From contig JAHLWH010000141.1 of the NCBI GenBank assembly GCA_019058015.1, positions 1 to 10,869 of the forward strand: a DNA stretch of 10,869 bases. The letters run 5' to 3'. Source of the stretch: Promethearchaeota archaeon. Its GTDB lineage: Archaea > Asgardarchaeota > Lokiarchaeia > Sigyniarchaeales > SOKP01. Shown in pieces: positions 1-6,745 of the stretch (its first letter is position 1; each line of letters starts with the position of its first letter). The notes under the pieces were generated by a model that worked only from the letters and a program-made list of their open reading frames with translations, made no database searches and had not been told where the DNA came from. The translations under genes were made by a program, and so were the position numbers.

Positions 1-1
1 C

Positions 2-1606
2 GCCCTCATTGATGCTGATGATGATAAAAAAATCACTTGGAAAGAGTTCAATCAGGCAATAAATGTATTCGCAATAAAGTTATGGAAAATGGGGTTCAAG
101 AAGGGAGATATTTTGGTAACTTCTCTCCCTTATTTAATGGAACATATATTTCTAGCATATGCATGTGCCAAATTAGGAGTTATGTGGTGTCCGCTCGATC
201 TAAGACTTAAACCAAATGAGATTTTGAGAAATTTGAATTTATTAAAAAACAAAACAAAAATGTATTGTCATCTCGGTAAAACCAGTGTAGCAAATTTTGG
301 TATGATTGGAAAAGCGGTTAAGGATAATTGCCCTTGGATTGATTATTTTGTTCAATTTAGTCCTCCTGGTGATAGAGTAAGAAAAGGAATTATTCCTGCA
401 TATGAATTTGCAACCCAAGCAAAGAAAGAAGCAATGATAGTTACGCAAAAGCCCGAAGAAATGAAGATTTTTAAAGCAGAATGCGCTAAAGTTAAAGAAG
501 ATGACCCAATTTTGATTGTTTTCACTACTGGAACAACTGGATGGCCAAAACCAGCAATGATTACAAATGTCGGAATTACATCCCAAAATATGTGTTTATC
601 GAAGGGATTTGATGTTGAGGAAGAAGATTCAATGCTTGTAAATCTCCCACCAAGTCATGTGGGAGGGAATGCTGAACAATTAATGACACCATTATATATA
701 GGTGCGACAGTGGTGGTCTTACATATATTCGATCCAGTAAAAACTTTAAAAGCGATTGAAAAATATAAAGTGACGACATTCGGCCAAATTCCAGCATTAT
801 TTGAAATGGAATGGCGATTACCAGACTACAATAAATATGATCTATCAAGTTTAAAATTTGCCCTATATGGAGGACAACAAGTAACTAGAATATTTCTAGA
901 AAAGCTTTCAAAAATGGCACCAAAATTTGGTTCTGGTTTAGGATTAACTGAAATCTCAGGATTTTGTTCATACACTCCATTAGATGGAACAGTTGATGAT
1001 ATACTAGATAATTTAGGTCACGATTATCCAATCACTCCATTAAGTATCCGGAAGCCAATGAAAGAGGATGGTTCCGCTGGTGACGAAATGTCTGTAGGAC
1101 AAATTGGTGAAATTTGTTATACCGGACCTCAGGTATTCAAGGGGTATTTTGGGAATGAAGAGGCTACAAGAAAAACAATTTCAACCAATGGTGTACTATA
1201 TACGGGAGATCTAGGTTTTAAAGACGAGAAAGGTAACCTACATCTGTCTGGAAGAGCCAAATTAATGATAAAACCCAAGGGATATAATGTATTCCCAATA
1301 GAGGTTGAAGCCCATATATCAAAATTGGATGGAGTAGCTTCAGTAGGCGTGGTCGGTGCTCAACATAATATTTTTTCGGAAGGATTTGTAGCCTATGTTC
1401 AATTAAAACCCGGAGCTGAATTAACTGAAGAACAGGTGATGGAACATTGCAAACAAATTGCATCATATAAAAGACCCTCCCTTGTTGTTTTTATTGATGA
1501 GATGCCTTTAAATAGAGTTGCCAAAACCGATTATAAAATTTTAAAAGAAAAAGTCGAACATAACGTAAAAAGAGCAAGAGAACAAGGAAAATGGGATGCA
1601 GATTAA
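2..1606 (+). CDS. AMP-forming acyl-CoA synthetase / class I adenylate-forming enzyme (5' end outside the window)
   Basis: The frame is open from base 2 (ALIDADDDKKITWKEF...), so the ATG at 89 is internal. ANL motifs: IVFTTGTTGWPK (P-loop), GLGLTE, GEICYTGPQVFKGY, YTGDLG, GRAKLMIKPKGYNVFPIEVE, PLNRVAK. Confidence 0.95.
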   Translation, partial: ALIDADDDKKITWKEFNQAINVFAIKLWKMGFKKGDILVTSLPYLMEHIFLAYACAKLGVMWCPLDLRLKPNEILRNLNLLKNKTKMYCHLGKTSVANFGMIGKAVKDNCPWIDYFVQFSPPGDRVRKGIIPAYEFATQAKKEAMIVTQKPEEMKIFKAECAKVKEDDPILIVFTTGTTGWPKPAMITNVGITSQNMCLSKGFDVEEEDSMLVNLPPSHVGGNAEQLMTPLYIGATVVVLHIFDPVKTLKAIEKYKVTTFGQIPALFEMEWRLPDYNKYDLSSLKFALYGGQQVTRIFLEKLSKMAPKFGSGLGLTEISGFCSYTPLDGTVDDILDNLGHDYPITPLSIRKPMKEDGSAGDEMSVGQIGEICYTGPQVFKGYFGNEEATRKTISTNGVLYTGDLGFKDEKGNLHLSGRAKLMIKPKGYNVFPIEVEAHISKLDGVASVGVVGAQHNIFSEGFVAYVQLKPGAELTEEQVMEHCKQIASYKRPSLVVFIDEMPLNRVAKTDYKILKEKVEHNVKRAREQGKWDAD

Positions 1607-1621
1607 AAATAAATTAAATAA

Positions 1622-1631
1622 TTTTTTTTTT
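1622..1631 (+). terminator. Probable archaeal oligo-T terminator of the acyl-CoA synthetase gene
   Basis: T10 run 15 nt after the stop codon, in the 38-nt gap between convergent genes. Confidence 0.55.
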
Positions 1632-1644
1632 ATGTTTTAAATAC

Positions 1645-3051
1645 TTAAAAAATTTTATTTTTAATTTCTTCGAATAGTTTTAATATTTCTTTTTCTATAT
1701 AAACGCCACTTACAGGTGAAAAACTAGGGAAAGGTTCATATCCTCCCACTTCAATATACTCTTTAATTGGGAATAAGTATGAAATCCAATCGTTGGTATT
1801 TTGGAAGATAAAGGTATTTTCTTTTCCATTTGGAGATTTCATAAGCAAATTCTTTCCAATTTCTTCAAATAATTCACCGGGTGCTGTTATAATGCTAAGA
1901 GTTTTAGATTTTGAGTCAGAAGATGCTTTAATTTTAAAATATTGTATAATAGTATTGCATTTTGCCTTCAAACCTTTATATTTTATATGAAATGCTGAAA
2001 AATTTGGTTTTTTACTGGAAATTACTGTAACTGGGATTAATAAGTATTTTTTCAGTAAAAATAGTAACTTATTCTTCAGCCATGTTTTTGAGAAATATTT
2101 ATAATCCTTCATGGGAATCCAAAACTTTTTAATATAAGAACCTAATTCGATTTTTTCAAAATAATCTTCGTTAGATATTGATTGTGCAAGATTTAACGCT
2201 TGTTTTCCTAAGAAATATCCAATAGATTTTGTATGTTTATAAGTTCCTAACTGATCATAAATAAGAGTTTTATTATCGTTTAGATTCTCAAAATTTGTTC
2301 CACACGTTGTAATGGGATTTAAATCGCCAGCATAACTATTAAAAAAAACCGCATTTACACGCCCATCGGTTAATTTTTGAATTTTAAAAATAATCATACC
2401 AGGGAAATCAGCTGACAATTTATTATTTAAAAACGATAATGTAGTTGGATGGCAGGAGAAATTTACAATTATTCCAATTAGATTATTATCTTTTAAATTA
2501 CGAAAAGCAATCACACCCAAATCAGACTTTGATCTCTGAGTAGGGTGACGTCGATTAATGATTATATCTTCATCAATTACCTTTTTGATCCAAGCTATAT
2601 TGCATGGTATTAAATCTTTAACTAATTGACTAACCATTTTTACAATTTTTTTACTCATCCATACGAGATATTTATCGTTTCTATTAGCACCAAACATAAT
2701 ACCCTTCATCACATTTAGAGCTCCTCCCGGCCAATAAAATTCTCCAGTTAAATCGAATGAAGAATGAGTATGGGTCGCATGGATTAGAATTTGTTCTGGA
2801 TTAATAGAGATAAATTTTTGAATTCTGTCTTTAATGTATTCAGATAGAGACAATGGTATTTTTAATAAATCAGTAGAAATGAACAATAATCTGTTGCAAT
2901 TATTATTAATATTCTTTTCTTCTAATAAAATACCATAAGCGTGAATATCATCTAATTTCCCTAAACATGGCTCAGTTCGAGTATAACCCGCCATTGCCTT
3001 GCCAATGTAATCCTTCGGTGTTATATTTACCTTACCAAAAGCCACTTTCAT
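1645..3051 (-). CDS. Neutral/alkaline ceramidase-family Zn-dependent amidohydrolase (substrate unknown)
   Basis: Family motifs: GKVNITP...MAGY, DDIHAY, HATHTHS, INRR, NFSCHPT...LSADFPG, AGDLNP, PGELF, NDWISYL, GGYE. No signal peptide is visible. Confidence 0.85.
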   Translation of the reverse strand: MKVAFGKVNITPKDYIGKAMAGYTRTEPCLGKLDDIHAYGILLEEKNINNNCNRLLFISTDLLKIPLSLSEYIKDRIQKFISINPEQILIHATHTHSSFDLTGEFYWPGGALNVMKGIMFGANRNDKYLVWMSKKIVKMVSQLVKDLIPCNIAWIKKVIDEDIIINRRHPTQRSKSDLGVIAFRNLKDNNLIGIIVNFSCHPTTLSFLNNKLSADFPGMIIFKIQKLTDGRVNAVFFNSYAGDLNPITTCGTNFENLNDNKTLIYDQLGTYKHTKSIGYFLGKQALNLAQSISNEDYFEKIELGSYIKKFWIPMKDYKYFSKTWLKNKLLFLLKKYLLIPVTVISSKKPNFSAFHIKYKGLKAKCNTIIQYFKIKASSDSKSKTLSIITAPGELFEEIGKNLLMKSPNGKENTFIFQNTNDWISYLFPIKEYIEVGGYEPFPSFSPVSGVYIEKEILKLFEEIKNKIF

Positions 3052-3264
3052 AATATTAATTTAAAGGAAAAAAATTCAAAAATGTTTGGATTTAATTTAG
3101 CAATAACCTTAATTCATTTTTTGATATTAATTTGACTCTTATTTTTTTGAGTTTTAAATAAATCTGATAACAATCTTTATAGAAAAATCTTTTTAAAATG
3201 TTAGATTATTAAATTAAGTAATAAAAAAAAATGCCTTGTAAAAAAAGTATTTTAATATTTCTAG

Positions 3265-3278
3265 ATATAATTAAATAT
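3265..3278 (+). promoter_or_regulatory. Candidate TATA box of the tRNA gene
   Basis: ATATAATTAAATAT lies about 22-35 nt upstream of the mature tRNA 5' end (3300). The AT-rich background limits certainty. Confidence 0.4.
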
Positions 3279-3299
3279 TGCTTTAGTAGTAAATAAAAA

Positions 3300-3408
3300 G
3301 GGTCAGTGGTCTAGCGGTTATGATTGTAGCGCTGGTTAGAATAGCGTAATAATAAACGCGTGCTTGACGTGCACGAGGTCGGGAGTTCGATCCTCCCCTG
3401 ACCCACCA
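3300..3408 (+). tRNA. tRNA-Val(GAC), intron-containing; exons 3300-3322 and 3356-3408; CCA encoded
   Basis: Acceptor stem GGGTCAG/CTGACCC + A + CCA. T-arm GGGAG-TTCGATC-CTCCC. Anticodon arm CGTGC-TT GAC GT-GCACG. Variable loop AGGTC. The D-arm GTCT-AGCGGTTA-TG|AC is restored by removing 3323-3355, giving a 76-nt tRNA. Confidence 0.96.
3323..3355 (+). other. 33-nt archaeal tRNA intron at position 23/24 with a full hBHBh' motif
   Basis: Outer helix GCG(3314-16)/CGC(3357-59). Central helix GTTA(3317-20)/TAAT(3350-53). 3-nt bulges TG|A and AA|A. Inner helix TTG/TAA. Internal hairpin CGCTG-GTTAGAA-TAGCG. Confidence 0.88.
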
Positions 3409-3420
3409 CATAATTAATAA

Positions 3421-4155
3421 TTATTGTATCAAAAAAAGCCTTTCAAGTTTATCTTTATATTCTTTATAGTGGTTTTTCAATTTATAATCCGATTTTCTAA
3501 AATTGCGAGACTTATAATTCTTGTCATAATGATAAAGCCATGAATCCTTACATAGACAGCATATTTTCTTATTATCAGGAAAATATTTTGGAAATACTTC
3601 AGGAAATTCAAGTATTTGGCCACAAACAACACAAAAATCTTGTGCTTTTTTTACTACTTTTTTTAAATACTTAAATTCAGTTTTCATTCTATTAATTGTA
3701 TATAAAAAAAATATTTCATATGCACGATTATCTTCTATTTCTTTAATATATTGATTCATCTGATTAAAAATATGAGTTATTTTCAATAAATATTCTTTCT
3801 TATCAGGAGTAGATTGTGAATCGGCATCGATTTTAAAATATTTAAGTTCCTCAAATTTTAAAATTAATTTTATTAAATTTTGTTTAATTGCCTCATTCCT
3901 AATATTTCGAGCCATTTCATTTTCTTCTTTTTTTAACAAATAAGAGAATATTACTGATATAATTTGAACTATTCCAAAAATAAATATTACAAGTAGAATA
4001 AAAGTGGTAATAATAACCCCTATTGTAAGTGGTAATTTTAATTTATCAAAGATAAGTGATGTTAAAATCATGGAGATTACTAAACAAATAAAAAATCTAA
4101 ATTTTTTATCCGTAAATATGCTTAGATTTTTTTTTAATTTCAAGATTTCAATCAT
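3421..4155 (-). CDS. Hypothetical membrane-anchored protein with a C-terminal Cys motif (possible Zn finger)
   Basis: 244-aa ORF in very AT-rich DNA. Two N-terminal hydrophobic segments, a helical/coiled middle region, then CVVC-x20-CCLC. The exact start is uncertain. Confidence 0.7.
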   Translation of the reverse strand: MIEILKLKKNLSIFTDKKFRFFICLVISMILTSLIFDKLKLPLTIGVIITTFILLVIFIFGIVQIISVIFSYLLKKEENEMARNIRNEAIKQNLIKLILKFEELKYFKIDADSQSTPDKKEYLLKITHIFNQMNQYIKEIEDNRAYEIFFLYTINRMKTEFKYLKKVVKKAQDFCVVCGQILEFPEVFPKYFPDNKKICCLCKDSWLYHYDKNYKSRNFRKSDYKLKNHYKEYKDKLERLFLIQ

Positions 4156-4333
4156 GTATTATTTTACTTAGAAATTTCTCCACCTAATGCTTAAAAAAGA
4201 CTATATTAAATAAAAATTTATGTCAAAAAAATAATAATAAATTTTTGAACCGTAATTTATTAATAGAATTTTACTTTTAGAAGTTGTACATTTCTTGCGT
4301 GTTATCTTTTTAATAAAGAATGAAATAAAGGAT

Positions 4334-4753
4334 TTAATACAATCTAACGGCTATTTTATCAAAATGTCCGTCAAAGGATAATATATAATTACAATTATAT
4401 TTTTGAAATAAATAAAGTATTGATGCATCAACATAACTAAGCAATAATTTTGGAGAACAATATTTTTTTAAAAGATTGCATATTTCCAAGTATTCGGCAA
4501 GAGTCATAAGAATCTTTTTAACAAAAATTTCTTCACCCCAGTAAAGTTCATGCATTTTTTCTAAATAATGAGTATTACCATTAAATCTCGCGACAGTTAA
4601 TGTTAAAGTTTCATTTATAACTAAATAATTTGTTATAAGGAGGTCTTTACCTTTTTCTTTTAACTCAATTAGAATCTCTTGGGCTCTATTATGATTTTTA
4701 TCATTTTTGGCTTTTAATGCGAAAAAAAAGTTTGAATCAATAACTATTGTCAT
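4334..4753 (-). CDS. vapC: VapC-family PIN-domain toxin (ribonuclease)
   Basis: All acidic PIN residues are present: VIDSN, VINET, SYVDA, SFDGHFD. Also D-x-NH-x-x-A. 139 aa, downstream of a small cognate gene. Confidence 0.92.
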   Translation of the reverse strand: MTIVIDSNFFFALKAKNDKNHNRAQEILIELKEKGKDLLITNYLVINETLTLTVARFNGNTHYLEKMHELYWGEEIFVKKILMTLAEYLEICNLLKKYCSPKLLLSYVDASILYLFQKYNCNYILSFDGHFDKIAVRLY

Positions 4754-4763
4754 TTCATATCAC

Positions 4764-4778
4764 AATCTAAGTTAGATT
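4764..4778. repeat. Perfect 7-1-7 inverted repeat between the antitoxin and toxin genes
   Basis: AATCTAA-G-TTAGATT. Confidence 0.6.
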
Positions 4779-4793
4779 AGAAATAGCTTTTAA

Positions 4794-5060
4794 TTACATT
4801 CCATACAATAATTCATCATCAGATTTTTCTAAGTGTTGTAAAGGAGCATCAATCAAATTTTCTTTTATTTTTTTAATTAATTTGTCAGAAATTTGAGGAT
4901 TTTCCATTTTCTCAAAAAGAAATTCTTCAAGCCGATTAAATGCAAATTCAATACATTTATCTAAGATCTCTTGTTGTGAAATTTTCTTACCTATTTTTAA
5001 GGTTAATTTGGCTTGTAATTTATCTAGTAGATCTTTTTTATTTAATTTTACACTTGACAT
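4794..5060 (-). CDS. Putative VapB-like antitoxin (ribbon-helix-helix-like N-terminus)
   Basis: 88 aa, co-oriented and 40 nt upstream of the PIN gene. N-terminal beta strand (SSVKL) followed by two helices (LDKLQAKL...GKKISQQEILDK). The acidic DDELLYG tail resembles archaeal PIN-associated antitoxins. Confidence 0.78.
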   Translation of the reverse strand: MSSVKLNKKDLLDKLQAKLTLKIGKKISQQEILDKCIEFAFNRLEEFLFEKMENPQISDKLIKKIKENLIDAPLQHLEKSDDELLYGM

Positions 5061-5074
5061 ATATTTAATTAGAA

Positions 5075-5105
5075 TTTTCCACTTTTTATACTTTTCTACT
5101 TTTTA
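5075..5105 (-). promoter_or_regulatory. TA operon promoter (BRE/TATA) overlapped by two 14-bp direct repeats (candidate operator)
   Basis: The minus strand reads TAAAAAGTAGAAAA-GTA-TAAAAAGTGGAAAA (13/14 identical, 17-bp period). TATAAAAA at 5090-5083 is preceded by purine-rich GAAAAG and lies 23-30 nt from the ATG. Confidence 0.55.
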
Positions 5106-5247
5106 ACATTGAATTTTTCATGTAAATATTAGTAATTTAATGAGATGAATTAGGGAAATACTCCTTTTAAACTTTAAAATTTAAATCAAAAAAATTAAAT
5201 ATTTCGAAGGAATAGAATAAGTAATTAATTAATAATTAGCGACTTTT

Positions 5248-5715
5248 ATGCCAATACGAATTAGATGGATTCAAGGAAAATTTTTAGGATTGGGATTAAT
5301 GATTATCGGATTTTGTGGCTTATTCCAAGTCATTTACATATTAATAGCTCAATACGTTTTTCTAATCGGCTCGCTTTTTGCTGTAATTTTAATCCCAATA
5401 GGTGCGACGATTGGGCTTATTTTAGCTGCAGTAATAATTTTTGAAAGTATAGCAGATGTCGAAAGACGACGAAAAATAAAAAGTCAGTTTAGAAAGAAAT
5501 CAGGAAAAGAACGAAAATTTTTCTCATTTCCTATTACTAAACCCTTATTATTATGTTTTATGAGTTTTACGCTAATTTATGTTTTATCATTTTTTATTTG
5601 TAGTATATCTTTAAATTCTTTTCAATCGTTTATAATTGCAGAGAATATATCAACTATAAGTGTTATATTCATTGCTTATTTTATCGAACGAAATTGGGCA
5701 AAAATAAAGAGATAA
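5248..5715 (+). CDS. Hypothetical membrane protein (about 4 TM helices, basic central loop)
   Basis: 155 aa. Two pairs of hydrophobic segments flank ERRRKIKSQFRKKSGKERK. Confidence 0.8.
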   Translation: MPIRIRWIQGKFLGLGLMIIGFCGLFQVIYILIAQYVFLIGSLFAVILIPIGATIGLILAAVIIFESIADVERRRKIKSQFRKKSGKERKFFSFPITKPLLLCFMSFTLIYVLSFFICSISLNSFQSFIIAENISTISVIFIAYFIERNWAKIKR

Positions 5716-5777
5716 AGTTTTATACTCTTGAAGAAATTATATATATTATTTAATGATTAGATAATCCGATAGCAGTA

Positions 5778-6689
5778 ATGGAAAACTCTGATAATTTTAA
5801 AAAGATTCGTATTCGATGTCCCATATGTGGAAAGAAAGGAGTCATTCAGGTTGCAAGGAAAATAATTGAATCTAGTAATAGAGGAGTTTGCGCTATTGAA
5901 GTAGCCAAAAATCAAGTTTGCTCTGATTCATTTATAGCTTATGTTGATAAAAATTTTGTAGTACGGGATTATTTTATTCCAGATATAGCTTTAGAAGGGA
6001 TTGAAGTAGTAGAAAAAGAAGTTCCTACTAAAAAAGATGAACTGGTTATTGAAGAGAAAAAAATTTTAGATGAAGATTATAACATTGTCCGGAGTATTTT
6101 ACAAAGAAAGATTTTTACATACATAATCTATGCGATATTAGTAAAAAAACCGATACATTTAGTGTATGATATTCAAGATATATATGATCAGATAGTGCAA
6201 GTTTTTGAAGAAATTACAAGGAATGCTTTTGAGATGCATATAACTGTGGGAAACATGGAAGAATATAAATCAAATAAAAAAAAATATAAAGACATATTAG
6301 TTTTAGATATTAGTTCAGAAACAATATTAGAAGGGCAAAATAAGAAGATTTCACAAAATTTATTAATTTATGAAGCAGAAATAGTAAAAAAAGCTTTTAA
6401 ACAATATGATCCAACAACTTCTTTAATAATTTTAAAAAATGAGATTCAGAAAATATATTCTCTAACGTACAATTTAAAAAATTTACTTCAAGAAGAATCT
6501 GGTAAAAGTAAAAAGAAGTGGTTAAAAAAAAATGTTATTAATGAATTGAATCGAAGATTTAATATTAAAATAAATGCTAAATACTTGAATTTTGTATTAA
6601 AAATTATTCAACATTATTTTGGTTTAAATCCAGCAGAATATGTTATAGATGTCACACATGGAATAAAGGATTTTTTTTCTAAATTATGA
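5778..6689 (+). CDS. Hypothetical protein with an N-terminal zinc-ribbon-like domain (Asgard-type family)
   Basis: CPIC...VCSDSFIAYVDKNFVVRDY at the N-terminus, an acidic linker, then an alpha/beta and helical C-terminal region. Confidence 0.8.
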   Translation: MENSDNFKKIRIRCPICGKKGVIQVARKIIESSNRGVCAIEVAKNQVCSDSFIAYVDKNFVVRDYFIPDIALEGIEVVEKEVPTKKDELVIEEKKILDEDYNIVRSILQRKIFTYIIYAILVKKPIHLVYDIQDIYDQIVQVFEEITRNAFEMHITVGNMEEYKSNKKKYKDILVLDISSETILEGQNKKISQNLLIYEAEIVKKAFKQYDPTTSLIILKNEIQKIYSLTYNLKNLLQEESGKSKKKWLKKNVINELNRRFNIKINAKYLNFVLKIIQHYFGLNPAEYVIDVTHGIKDFFSKL

Positions 6690-6745
6690 TTTTATTAAAA
6701 TTCTAATGCTCAAGTTATTATAATAATAAAAAAGAGAATAAAATT

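Noticed and set aside
242-1990. ORFs 242-586, 576-848, 1218-1466 (-) and 1793-1990 (+)
   Set aside because: Antisense shadows of well-supported genes, with no recognisable motifs.
3323-3353. Possible nested BHB (helix ATTG/TAAT, bulges TAG and AAT)
   Set aside because: There is no outer helix, and cleavage would leave a 9-nt unspliceable remnant.
3324-3356. Alternative intron placement at 24/25
   Set aside because: It gives the same spliced sequence, but the central helix (TTAT/AATA) is mismatched. Only 23/24 forms a BHB.
4161-4282. Similar ATTTTACTT..AGAA words and an SD-like AGGTGGAG upstream of the orphan gene
   Set aside because: The words are short and AT-rich. The SD-like word is about 22 nt from the ATG, too far to be convincing.
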